A DNA stretch of 64,000 nt from the human T2T-CHM13v2.0 reference genome, Homo sapiens: assembly GCF_009914755.1 (NCBI RefSeq), contig NC_060928.1; one strand, 5' to 3'. Below are positions 12,982-27,462 of the stretch, piece by piece. Below the pieces are notes generated by a model, which saw only the letters and a program-made list of their open reading frames with translations, was not told where the DNA came from and did not search any database. Position 1 is the first letter of the stretch, and each line of letters opens with the position of its first letter. The translations under genes and the position numbers were made by a program.

Positions 12982-13470
12982 AGTAGCAAACCATACAAAA
13001 TTTCGGGGCTTAAAACAACAACCATTTACTTAACTAGAGATTCTGTGAGTCAGCAGTTTTGGCTAGGTTCAGCTGGATGGTTCTCTTGGCCTCAGCTGAG
13101 CTCATTCATTCATCTGTTCAGCAGTCAGCAACACAGCTCTGTTTTGGGAGCTGGCTGGCTGTCAGCTGGTGAAATGAGGGCAACTGAGCCACAGGTCTTC
13201 AGTCATCCAACGAGTTCACCCACAATTTTTCTAATGGCAACTGAGCAAATTTTTAAAAGTAAGAGCAAAACTGTGAAAGGCCTTTTGAGGTCTGGCTTGG
13301 AACTTCCACAGTGTCATTTCTGCCAAAGCAAGCCACAAAGCCAGACCAAATCCAAGGGTAGGGAAAATAGATTACACCTATTTCTGAAGGAGCTGCAGAG
13401 TCACACTATGAAAGGGCATAGAGAGAAAAAAAAAAATCTCAGTTAATTCTTGCAAACCTTTTATCAAATA
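12982..13470 (-). mobile_element. Older MLT1 (G/H/I-like) MaLR LTR
   Basis: GGCTTAAAACAACAACCATTTA..GATTCTGTGAGTCAG..TTCAGCTGGATGGTTC..AAGCAAGCCACAAAGCCAG; explains ORF 12952-13446. Confidence 0.72.
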
Positions 13471-13770
13471 ACTAAAGCCTCCCACAGTCCTGTCTCTGAA
13501 AAAATGTCATGCATGATGTAATATGATGTTATTTCTCTCTTTTCAATCCAGAGGTAACATGTAAAACTATGATAAACTTAGGCATAATATCCCTAAGCCA
13601 TCTGAATTCCAAATATGGCCTCATTTCTCTGGTATAATTTATACTTGTCCAGTAGAAAAAAATGGAAATGGAAATGAAAAAGACCTCAGGATATAGAACT
13701 AGGATGCATCAAAGCATGATGGTGTAGGTATAAATGTGTGGCAGAGGAAATCAAGAAAAGTGAGGGAAAT

Positions 13771-14722
13771 TGCAAAAGAGAATAAAATTTTAGGACTCTT
13801 TAAATGTATTATGTCAAGGGATAAGTTAAGCCCTTTAGATTGAATCATGTAACATTTTTACAACTTCTGCTTCTAAAGTTATAGATTAACTCTCTTCCTC
13901 ATTGTTTTTATTCTATAAATGACCAGGAGAGACCAGAGATCAGACCTGCGCCATTTCCAGTCACTGAAATTTATTGTAAATTAACTTCCTCTTTATTGCC
14001 ATTTACCAAGCTCAGATGTGAGGATGCCCAAGACCCATGACTATTACATCTTCAACATAAAAAACTAAATATGGATTTCCCCCAAAAAAAGACCACCTCC
14101 TAACCAGACCATTATAACTATGCATTGAGCCTGATAGTAAAAAATTAAAATTCTATTAAATTTTCCTAAGCTTTGTCTATATAAACAATCTCAAACAACT
14201 ATACTTAGAAAATGCTGACTTCCATTCTTTAAAATCTATACTTCCCAGGTGGCTGTCCTCAATCTTTACACTTAAATAAACTCTTTAAGGGCTGGGTACA
14301 GTGGCTTACACCTGTAATGCCAGCACTTTGAGAGGCTGAGGCTGGAGGAACACTTGAGCTCAGGAGTTTAAGACCAGCCTGGGCAACAAAGTGAGACCTC
14401 ATCTCTGTTAAAATGTTTAAAAAAATCTAGCTGGACGTGGTGGCTTGCACCTGTAGCCCCAGATACTCAGGTAGTCTGAAGTGAGAGGATCACTTGAGCC
14501 CAGGAGGTCAAGGCTGTAGTAAGCTTTGATCAAGCCACTGCACCCCAACCTGGGCAACAGAGAGAGATCCTGCCCAAATAAATAAATAAATATAAATAAC
14601 AGGTCATGCCACTGCACTCCAGCCTGGGTGACAGAGTGAGACCCTATCTCAATAAATAAATGAATAAATAAATACACTCTTTAAGCTAGATTCTGGCCCT
14701 TTTAATGATTTTTAAGTTAACA
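13771..14722 (+). mobile_element. ERV1 MER4-group solo LTR, split by AluJ
   Basis: TG..AAAAGAGAATAAAATTTTAGGAC start, TATATAAA box and AATAAA; ends TTTTAAGTTAACA after the Alu. Confidence 0.65.
14290..14674 (+). mobile_element. AluJ with an extra 3' Alu terminus and second tail
   Basis: AluJ dimer, (TAAA)n tail, then a second GCCACTGCACTCCAGCCTGGGTGACAGAGTGAGACCC plus tail; TSD AATA(A/C)ACTCTTTAAG. Confidence 0.9.
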
Positions 14723-15632
14723 GAATAAACATCCCATGGAGGCATATCTGACAGCCGATTCATGTAAAAGAAAAAAAGACCTATAACTGATTCATTAATA
14801 ACAAAATGCCTGCAGAAAATAATGCATTTATACAGAATAATTTCTTTGTAAAATCTAGAAGTGGAGCCTATTGCCAAAATTTCATTGTGTTTATATAGCA
14901 TGATACAGGGGAGATATGATAATTCTGAAAAACAGAAGGAAATTTCATACTCAGCAGACAGGGTGATTTATTAAGCTTCTCCATGGCCTAAATTAAGTGT
15001 TTATCAAATCCATAGTACTCCTATTACTGTTTCTATACCTACTAAATGATCTTCTGATTATGATGTGGCCACTCAGGCTCTTTGCTACCTGGTAGGAGGA
15101 TCACTTATATGTTGGCATGGGTATCTATGGGTATCCATAAAATTTATATATCTCTTGTGATGTGAAATGTGATGTTATGATATATACATAAAGATCAAGA
15201 TAGAGAGGACATACACATAGACATAGATATATGTATAGATATTTGTTTGTGCAAGTCAGTGCCTAAGCAGTTTATTCACTCTGAGGTCACAAATGAAGCT
15301 GAATTTCTGATCTTGGGAAGCAGTTGCTGAGGCTCTGGTCCCCATCAAATGAAATAATCAAGTAACAGATACCTGTTAGTTCCAACTCAGGGAACCAACT
15401 TCTCTAAGTAATGGCTGGCTCATCTCTTTTTAATAAAAAAAAAAGTATAAAACTGGCATATTATTTATCTTATGTTCTTTTTGAAAAACATTAATTGAAC
15501 ATTTACATATTCTCTTAATGAACATTCCCCAAATTAACACCCCACATTATTTTAATAAAAAATGATGAGATAACTTATATATTATATAATTTGTATGACC
15601 ATGTACATTTATTGATAAAATGAGCCCCATAA

Positions 15633-15984
<352 letters not shown>

Positions 15985-16699
15985 CTAGTCTATGATTCTT
16001 TTAATTTACTTTTGCCACATGCTTTTAAATTTCACAAAAGTTGGAAATATAGAAAGGTTCAAATTTTATTTTGCTATTCTTCAGTTAATTTCAACAACAT
16101 AATGTTCTGTCAAGAGACCTCAAAGATTTTTCTGGAGGTTGAATTTAGAGATAATGGTTACAAGGAAATATAACCCAAAGCAATAAAATATGGCCATTGA
16201 TTGCTGCAAAGTGACAGCTGCTGGACAAGCCATGCTGACTCTCAACAGAGATATATTAGCTTTAAAAAAAAAAAAAAAAAGCATGAGAGACTGAAGTAAA
16301 GTGACAGAGTTTCCCATGGAGAAAAGACCTAAAAGCACTGGTGACAGCAGTCTTGGTTATCTGCAAAAAGTTCCAATTCTTCAGGGAGAGACATTTGTCT
16401 TTACAGTCCTGTATGTTTACAAATCCACAGAGAGAGCTGAAACTGTGACTCTGGGAATACCAAAGACGCTTGCATACTGCATGGTTATTTGCAGCCAAAG
16501 AAGATGGTGGTGGTTATTCATTCCAGAGTTGTAGCCAAAGGTGCTGACTTCTAACTTTAGCCCTTTATCTCACAGTCAATACTAAATGTTAATAGTATCA
16601 TTGGTTCCTTACAATTGTATGTTTTTGTCTTCATGCCGTAAGTGCTAATTTGTAATTTTATTGAAGACAAGAACCACATTTTGTTTATATATTTAGGCT

Positions 16700-16835
16700 G
16701 GTGGTGTCAATAATCCAGGACTTGAAATCAAATAGATGTAGCTGGAAATCTGGGATCTGTTTCTCTCTCGCTCTGACCTTGAGAAAGTCGACAAGTTGTC
16801 AAGTGATCAGTTTCCTCATATGTAAAATAATAATC
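16700..16835 (+). repeat. MIR
   Basis: TGACCTTGAGAAAGT..CAGTTTCCTCATATGTAAAAT core. Confidence 0.65.
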
Positions 16836-17846
16836 ACATCAAAATATTATTTAGATAAATATATGAAATTATATTTGCCAAAATTATTTTGCAAAACAGT
16901 ATAATGCTATAGAATCTTATTACACAGCACCAAACATTTAGTTTCCTGTAAATAATAAGCAGTAAAGCTAGACAAATCACTGAAAATGTCTTTTTCCCAA
17001 AAGAAGTAACTATCTTGTGTGAAACCACTGCTCATCAAGTAAATAGAAGTTGGTGGTGTTTTCAGATAGTTTATATAGTATTTTAGATTGTACTATGGTA
17101 GTTTTTTCACATTAATTTTCTCTAGTGTTGCTCATATTATTTCATGTCTTTATAAATCACTTATTTGACTATGCTTTTTTGTTTCTGTGTTACATATATA
17201 CTTAGCACTGAGCCACCTGAGTTCCACACTGCAATAAGTATACTTTCTGTACTGGTATCGATAGAAAGTATTCTGTTTGTCTTCTTTGTGCAAAAATAAT
17301 AATAATAATAACAAAAGCATGACAGATTTTTGCCAAATTTAATGGATATGTTTGGGATTAACTAATTTAAAATACGAGCTATATGGTATTCAAAAATTTG
17401 CTTTGGAAGATCCGAAGGGACACCTTGTTTTGAATAGGTGCAGGTGTCTATTCACAATTTTGTGCAATTATAATCTACAATTCTGTATAAGGTGTCCTGG
17501 GACGTATGGCAGCATGAATTTATTTTTTAACAATAGTTATCTATCTGAAACAATGCAGGAGAACCCACCTGGTTTATAATATAGAATAGCATTAGGGAAT
17601 GCAAACATTCTCACCCACAGCATATTATTTGGAACTATCAATGACAATAGTGTGCTAGATTAATGCTATATAATAATTTAACTGCTCAAAAATGTACAAA
17701 TGACCCATTTACTACGAAGCATTAACTACCCACACTATTCTTTCAAAATCATGACATTTTGTAAGGTTTTATAATATAAAGAATGTATATTACATACAAA
17801 TGCTAGTTAACATTTTGCATTGTATTTAAAGATGACTTTGGATAGA

Positions 17847-20141
17847 GAATTCTGGACGATGTATGAGTAGAAAGCACCAGTAATCTGTTTCTCCACCTAG
17901 ACAACAATTGCATAGGCATAATCCGTCCAATGCAACTATTTTGGAACTCTGGAGTCTCTTGAAGGCTTTCAACATCCAAGACAAGTCTTGGACAGCAAAT
18001 TTTGGTTAGTATCAGGCAATTTTAGCTCTGAACGCAGTGGTCACCCATCCCTCACTCATCAGCCCCAGGACAGGCAGTCGTGTATGTGTTCCTGGAGTAG
18101 GTTGCACAAACATGTGGGAGCCAGGATGGGAAAAAAGAAATCTGTTCTCCAAATATCAGGAATATGTGCTGTAAGTAACTGCTTCTGATCACAGAGGTTC
18201 AGACACAGAGATAGCAACCACTGTTGTCTCAACCCTAGCCTCCTGTGTTGTATGGCTGAAGTGACTTCCCAACAATTTAAAAGGTCGGCATCCTTTCTAT
18301 TCTCCCTTCATTTCTCTCTCTTTCTGTTTTGGAAGGCAGCCAAACATTGAATACTAGGACATCAACATACAGGGGAAACTAGTAGTCATGTCGCATGCCC
18401 AGGGAAAGCCTTGGCAAACATCTGAGAAGACCTCAAGTTTATACCTCAGGCTGATGCTCAGCATGGAGACTGACTACAACAAAAACAAAACAAAGAAATC
18501 ATCAAACTCTGAGGAGGAGGAAGAATCTAGTTTTCAGAGTTACCATATTATTTGATTCAAATATACAGTTTTCAACAACAAAAGAAAATCACAAGGCAAA
18601 AAAAAAAAAAAAGAAAAAGAAAAACATGGCCCATCTAAAGGGAAAAAAAATCAACAGAAACTATATCAAAAAAAGACCTTTTGATGGATCTACTGGGCAA
18701 AGACTTTAAAACAAGTGCCTTAAAGATACTCAAAGAACTAAAAGAAGATGTGAAGAAGAAAATGATGAACACAATGGAATATAATAGAGGGATAGAAAAC
18801 TAATAAAAAATTCACTAGAGAAATTCAAAGGCTGAATTGAGCAGGTGAAAGAAATAATCAGCAACTTAAAGATAGGACAATGGAAATTATTAAATCTGAG
18901 AAATGGAAAGTAATAAGATTAAAGAAAAAAATGAACAGAAATTTACAGACCTGTGGGACACCATCAAACAAACTAATTACACAATGTGTTAGAAGAGTAA
19001 AAAACAGAAGAGGAGAAAATATTCAAGAAATAATGGCCAAAATTGATGGAAAAAAATGCATATAGACATTCAGGAAACTGAATAAACATCAACTAGGGTA
19101 AACCTAAAGAGACCCATACCAAGAGATATTATAATCAAACTATTAAAAGACAAAGAGATAAATGTAAAAGTAGCAGAGGAGAAGCTACTCATCACAATAC
19201 GATTGGGATCCTTAATAAGATTATCAGCAGGTTTTTCATTAGAAACTTTGGAGGCCAGAAGGCAATGAACCAGTACATTTAAATTTCTAAAAGAAAAAAA
19301 ATACTGTCAACTAAGAATTCTATATCTAGCAAAACTGTTTTTTTAAAGTGAAGGAGAAATGAAGACATCCTCAGATAAACAAAACCTAAGAGAGATGGTT
19401 ATCACAATACCCTGTTTTTCAAAAATTGCTAAAAACAGGCCTACAATTTGAAATACAGGGACACTATTCAGTAAGTCAAGGCAGTATGAAGAAATAAAGA
19501 TCTCAGTAATGGTAAATATAGATATGTGGGCAATTATTAAAAGGTAGTATTATTATAACAATAATGCATAACTCTACTTTTTGTTTTCTGCATAATTTAA
19601 GGGACTAAGTCATTAAAATTATTAGTCATATTTGAACACATGGTGTATAAGGATGTAACTCTGTGACCTTAATGACAAAGGGATGGGACAAAACTGCTTA
19701 AGGAACAGAGTTTTTGTCAAAATGTGGAATATACATACAATAGAATATTATTCAGCTTTTCAAAGGAAACAAAATTCGGACATCTTTTACACCACAGCTG
19801 AAATTTGAGGACATAAGGCTAAGTGACATAAGGTAGTCACAAAAAGACAAATACTGTATGATTCTACTTATGTGAGACACTTAGAGTAGTCAAAATCATA
19901 GATACAGAATGTAGAATGGCAGCTTCCAGGGGCTAAAGGGAGGATAAAATGGAAATTATTGTTTAATGAGTATAGAGTTTCAGTTTTGCAAGAAGAAAAG
20001 AGTTATGGAGATACAGTGTATTGATGATTTCACAACAATGCTGATGTATGCTATACTATTGAAATATAAGCTTAAACATGACCAAAATGATAAAGTTGCA
20101 TTGTATGTATCTTACCGCAATGAAAACACTGGAAAAAAAAA
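17847..20141 (+). mobile_element. L1M (L1M3/L1MB-like): 5'UTR + degenerate ORF1 + inter-ORF joined directly to the 3' end
   Basis: ORF1-type motifs (GACCTGTGGGACACCATCAA; GAAACTTTGGAGGCCAGAAGGC; AAGAATTCTATATCTAGCAAAACT), then at ~19718 the L1MB-type 3' end (AAAATGTGGAATATACATACAAT..GAGTATAGAGTTTCAGTTTTGCAAG) and A-tail. Probable TSD ACTTTG(G/A)ATAGA. Confidence 0.8.
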
Positions 20142-21869
20142 ACTTTGAATAGACTTCTGCGGAGCAGCATGAATTAAAAGCACAGATATAATTCTCAATC
20201 TTTTCCTAAAGCCTAAAGTAGTCTTGAAGTTCATCTATATTCTTTGTTCCATGATTACCACAGCTTTTTAATTTAATTTTTCTAAGAATGACATGTAGGA
20301 TTTCCAAAATACTGGAAAAAATATATAGTTTTGTGTACATTATAAATGAAATAAGCAAATCTTTTAGAACTTAGCCTTTTTTAGCATGAGTCAATCTTTC
20401 AGAATCATATTATCAAAAAAATGAGTTTCTATTCTCTGTCTGGCTCTTCATGAGGCCCCACCTGATATAGGAAGACATTGCTGGTATTTATACTCATAAA
20501 ATGGTTTGCATATTGATTTTCTATATGCAATGTGCATGAGAATGGATGTTGTGCTATTAGCAATGGGTGTATTTATAAACTTGTTTTTGTTTTGTTGTTG
20601 TTGCTATTGAGTTGTTTTGGTTTTTTTTTTTTTGAGATGTTTTTGAATTATATACTCAGAACATAGTTTCAAAAGAGTGTTGGAAGTGGTAGCAGTTTCT
20701 TGTTTCTAACAAATAATGCCACCATTCATGTCCAAAGATAACTGATTATCTTGAGTAGCTTATTTGGAAAAGTGTTTAAGATAACATTACAATATAATGT
20801 AAATCATAGTGATATATATAGCATACATCATGAACAAATTCTACCTTTACTCCTCTAAAAAAGAGAGAGGGATAGCACAAGCTACTATAATTTGAATCTC
20901 TCCACATACTCACCTGCAACCTTACAGTTTAACAAGAAAACTACTTTAAAATTTCCCATAATTAACAACTTTAGCATATCTAGGAGATAGAGAAGACTGC
21001 AGACTTCCATTTCTATGTGAGTGGATAAATATTTTCAGGAGACCTGATGGCAGAGAAGAAAATTGACAAGTGCTTCATGAAGTAAAGGAAAGTATGTTAG
21101 TTTCTAATGCTAACAAAAAACAGATTGCATTTTCTAGTTTTTAATTCACACTGATTATGCTTTAATCTGAGAGAATATATGAAGAATTGGAATGAGACCA
21201 GCTGGACCAGAATATTAGCTACTGGTAGTAGATGCTATGATATGGAAAGATTAACATTAAAACAGTATTAATTACTAATAAAAGAAGGTTGTGAAAGGAG
21301 GAAGAAGAGGAGAAGAAAACATACCACTTAATTATTACTAATAAAGCAAAAGAGAGTATCCAGAAACCTGTGCCTACTCATAAATTATAAAGGTATTGGT
21401 TTAAAAATAATCTCTTGAACAACAATACTTTTTAAAAGTAAAAGAAACAAAAAGAAACAAGGAATGTTACCTGGTAAATGAAATATAAAAGAATATGGCA
21501 GAACTGGATGAAATGAATTGGTCTTAAGAATAAATATAAATGTGCTTAAGGCATATATTTTAAAAGTGTAATTAAAAGGTGAGCTTATCCAATTTAATCA
21601 AAAGCTAAAAAAAAAAAACAGAAAAGGAGAAGAAACATGAAGACAGATACATACAATAAAATATGAGAAATAGAAAGAGAAGAATAACTATCAAATTATA
21701 AAAAATGATAATGAAAGAAAGCAAAGATTATAACTTTACTTTGTAGGATTTAAGGCAAATAAATTTGAAAGGCCAGATGTTGTGAATAATAGTATCAAAA
21801 ATAATTCACAAAATATGACCTTATGAAGGACTGGAAGTCTAAATAATCCAGTGACAATAACCAATATAG

Positions 21870-23359
<1,490 letters not shown>

Positions 23360-23578
23360 AGAAATATCAAAATAAAAATTTGAAATAAATATCAGCAAAA
23401 ACAAATAAATTAGCATGTGAAAAAATAATACCTCATAACCAAATGTTATAATTCCCTGGAATGCAAGGATGGTTGATATCATACTACAATTTACTATTAC
23501 TCACTTCATGAAGATATCTAAGGACAAAAGCTATTTGATCACATTAATTGCTAAAAAGGCCCTTAACAAATTTATCAC

Positions 23579-25827
23579 TGATATGTTTTGGCTGTGTCCC
23601 CACCCAAATCTCATCTTGAATTTGTACATGTTGTGGGAGGGACCCAGTGGGAGGTAATGGAATCATGGAGGAGGGTCTTTCCCATGCTGTCCTCATGATA
23701 GTGAATAAGTCTCACAGGATCTGATGGTTTTAAAAAAGGGAGTTCCCCTGCACAAGCTCTCTTCTCTTGTCTGCTGCCATGTGAGACATGCCTTTCAATT
23801 TTCACCATGATCGTGAGGCCTTACTAGCCACATGAAGCTGTAAGTCCAGTAAACCTCTTTCTTTTGTAAATTGCCCAGTCGTGGGTATGTTTTTATCAGC
23901 AGCATGAAAACGGACTAATACGGTAAATTGGTACCAGTAGAGTAAGATTCTGCTGAAAAGATACCTGAAAATGTGGAACCAGCTTTGGAACTGGGTAACA
24001 GGCAGAGGTTGGAACAGTTTGGAGGGCTCAGAAGAAGACAGGAAAATGTAGTAAAATCTGGAACTCCCCCAGAGACTTGTTGAATTGCTTTGCCCAAAAT
24101 GCTGATAGTGATACGTACAATAAAGTCCAGGCTGAGGTGGTCTCAGATGGAAATGAGAAACCTGTTGGGAACTGGAGCAAAGGTGACTCTTGTTATGTTT
24201 TAGCAAAGAGACTGGCAGCATTTTGCCCCTGCCCTAGAGATTTGTAGAACTTTGAACTTGAGAGAGATGATTTAGGGTATCCAGGAGAAGTAATTTCTAA
24301 GCATCAAAGCATTCAAGAGGTGACTTGGGTGCTGTTAAAGGCATTCACTTTTATAAGGGAAGCAGAGCTTAGAAGTTTGGAAAATTTGCAGCCTGACAAT
24401 GCAATAGAAAAGAAAATCCCATTTTCTGAAGAGAAATTCAAGCTGGCTGCAGAAATTTGCATTAGTAACAAGAAGCTGAATATTAATACCCAAGACAATG
24501 GGGAACATGCCTCCAGGGCATGTCAGAGGTCTTTATGGCAGCCCCTCCCATCACAGGCCCAGAGGCCTAGAAGAAAAAAGTGATTTCATGAGCCTGGCTC
24601 AGGGTCCCCATGCTGTATGCAGCCTAAGGACTTGGTGCTCTGTGTCCCAGCTGCTCCAGCCATGGCTGAAAGAGGCCAACATAGAGCTTGGACTGTGGCT
24701 TCAGAGGGTGGAAGCCCCAAGCCTTGGTAGCTTCCATGTGGTGTTGAGCCTATGGGGGCACAGAAGTCAAGAACTGAGGTTTGGGAACCTCCACCTAGGT
24801 TTCAGAAAATGTATGGAAATGCCTATCCAGGCAGAAGTTTGCTGCAGGGATGGGGCCCTCATGGACAACTTCTGCTATGTCAGTGCAAAAGGGAAATGTG
24901 GAGTCAGAGCCTCCACACAAAGTCCCTACTGGGGCACCAACTAGAGGAGCTGTGAGAAGGCAGCCACTGTTCTCCAGACCCCAGAATGGTAGATCCACTG
25001 ACAGCTTGCACCATGCACCTGGAAAAGCCACAGACACTCAATGCCAGCCCATGAAAGCAGCTGGGAAGAAGGCTATACCCTGCAAAGCCACAGGGGCAGA
25101 GCTTCCCAAGACCATGGGAACCCACCTCTTGCATCAATGTGACCCAGATGTGAGACATGGAGTCAAAGGAGATCATTTTGGAGCGTTAAGATTTGACTGG
25201 CCTGCTGGATTTTGGACTTGCATGGGGGCTGTGGACCCTTTGTTTTGGCCAATTTCTCCCATTTGGAACAGCTATATTTACCCAATAACTGAGCCCCCAT
25301 TGTATCTAGGAAGTAACTAACTTGCTTTTAATTTTACAGGCTCATGGGCAGAAGGGACTTGTCTCAAATGAGACTTTGGATTGTGGGTTAATGCTGAAAT
25401 AAGTAAAGACTTTGGGGGACTATTGCGAAGGCATGATTGGTTCTGAAATATGAGGACATGATGTTTGGGAGGGGCTGGGTGGAATGATATGATTTGGCTG
25501 TGTCCTCACCCAAATCTCATCTTGAATTTCCATGTGTTGTGGGAGGGACCCAATGGGAGCTAATTGAATTATGGGGTGGGCCTTTCCCATGCTGTTCTCG
25601 TGATAGTGAATAAGTCTTACGAGATCTGATGGTTTTAAAAAGAGGAGTTTCCCTGCACAAGCTCCCTTCTCTTGTCTGCTGCCATATGAGACGTGCCTTT
25701 CACCTTCCACCATGATTGTGAGGCCTCCCCAGCCATGTGGAGCTGTAAGTCCAATAAACCACTTTCTTTTGTAAATTGCCCAGACCCAGGTATGTCTTTA
25801 TCAGCAGCATGAAAATAGATTAATACA
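23579..25827 (+). mobile_element. Full-length THE1A MaLR provirus (LTR 23579-23922, internal region, LTR 25485-25827)
   Basis: Two LTRs TGATATG..TAATAC(A/G); internal region starts GTAAATTGGTACCAG; polypurine tract before the 3' LTR; perfect 5-bp TSD ATCAC. Confidence 0.95.
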
Positions 25828-26197
25828 ATCACTCATTTCTGATAAAGCAATAATAATATGTAAATTGATGTATTTTTCCTTAGCAAATGTTATGCCAACC
25901 TGTTTTTAAATGGGGAAACACTGTTTGCATCCTTGTTAAATTAGGGATGAACAAGGTACTATCTTTACCACTGTTTTGTATTCTGTTGAAGGAATTAACC
26001 AGCATAATCAGAAAATAGAAAATATTGAAATGTTTAAAATCGATGCTGTTGTTATCTGCAGATAATATAATAGTTTAAAACCAATGCTCACAAGTGTCTA
26101 GGAGAAAACTCACCAATAATTAAATGAATAATAAAGTAACAGGATATGATACTGACATATCAAATGAGTAGCTTTCACATATTAAAACAATAACTAC

Positions 26198-27002
26198 AGA
26201 TGGTATTGGCTTTAGATGGTTTGAGTGTGCATGAATTTCAGTTGCAATGGTCTAGTAAGATAACACTGGTCTCTTTACCAACATTGTTCAAATTAGAGTT
26301 GCCATGGTATTATTGACTCTCAGAATTTTACTGCTAGCTCTTCAGTCTTCACATCACTGCATAGATAACAGATATGCATCACGATAAATGAACAATCACA
26401 TCTTTTAAAGCGATTGGTCAGTGAGCATATGTTATTCAAGTGATACATAAACAGTGGAGTTTGCAGTTGTATTACCTCCTTTTCTCCCACATGATATTTT
26501 ACAAAAACGAATAATCAAAAGAATGAATTGACCAACAAAAATGAAAAAAAAAGGAACAAAATGACAATGCTCGAAGTAAAATTCGAATTGAACTTAAGTG
26601 GAGTTATAGAAGAAAATCCTGACCCTGGAATATTAGCCCTGCTGCCATTCAAGAGACACTGAATATGGGGCCAGAGAAACTTAGTGAGGCAGAGGTCAAC
26701 ATAAATGAAGAAAGTGGTTGTAACTAGAAGGATGAAGGCATACCAGAGGAAGTGACACTGGCAAAACCTTCCCATTAAAGGAATGATCTGGAATATTTCA
26801 TGATGTTGAAAGTGCAAAGGATAGTTTGAAGCTGATCCATACTTTGAAAGCGATATGACAATTCATCAAGCATAGAAATGATTCACTCTGTTTATAATCT
26901 TTATGATGAAAAGAAAAAAGCAAGCATTGTTCAAATTATTTTTAAGTTTCTATGCAAAAAGTAAAAAAAGAAAAATACAAAAGAACAACTTCAGTCCCCT
27001 AT

Positions 27003-27042
<40 letters not shown>

Positions 27043-27339
27043 GAAGCCTCACTTATCTTGCCTGGGCTAAGACGACAGGCACATGACAATATGCTCTACT
27101 TAGTTTTCTACGCTTCTAATGTCTTAAATCACAGTGCATTCTGTAATATTACTTTCATGATTTTCCCATTTTCCTATACCTTTATAACCTAGAGGAAGGG
27201 AAGTTTTTATGATCTGACAAAAATGTTTAAAGTCAAGAATAATCATGAATTTTTCCATTGATAATTAGGATCACTCTCTGTGGTTTCTGCCTGTACAGTT
27301 TTAAGTACTACCATATCTGTGCAAAGCATGAACTGCCTG
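26198..27339 (+). mobile_element. TcMar-Tigger non-autonomous element (Tigger13a-like)
   Basis: Transposase C-terminal remnant (CCAGAGGAAGTGACACTGGCAAAA..GAAGCTGATCCA) and terminal GTGCAAAGCATGAACTGCCTG followed by TA; interrupted by a poly-T/Alu-like stub at ~27005-27100. Confidence 0.7.
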
Positions 27340-27462
27340 TATTCACTACAAGTTCTATGTTTACATCTACTCATATTAATGAAAAAAAGTCTGTTTTGTT
27401 TATGATTGTTAGCTACTAAGAAGATTTCTCCCTTGTTAGCTTGGTTGGTGCCAGTCTAGAAA

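Noticed and set aside
12952-13446. 164-aa ORF
   Set aside because: Lies within MaLR LTR sequence; no protein-family features.
19700-19730. Exact splicing as the cause of the ORF2 loss in the L1M
   Set aside because: The GT that would serve as donor is retained at the junction (TTTTTGT|CAAAATG), so precise GT-AG removal is not supported by eye; kept only as an alternative to test.
23802-25320. Cluster of 60-156 aa ORFs
   Set aside because: Fragments of the decayed THE1 internal region, with stops and frameshifts; not a host gene.
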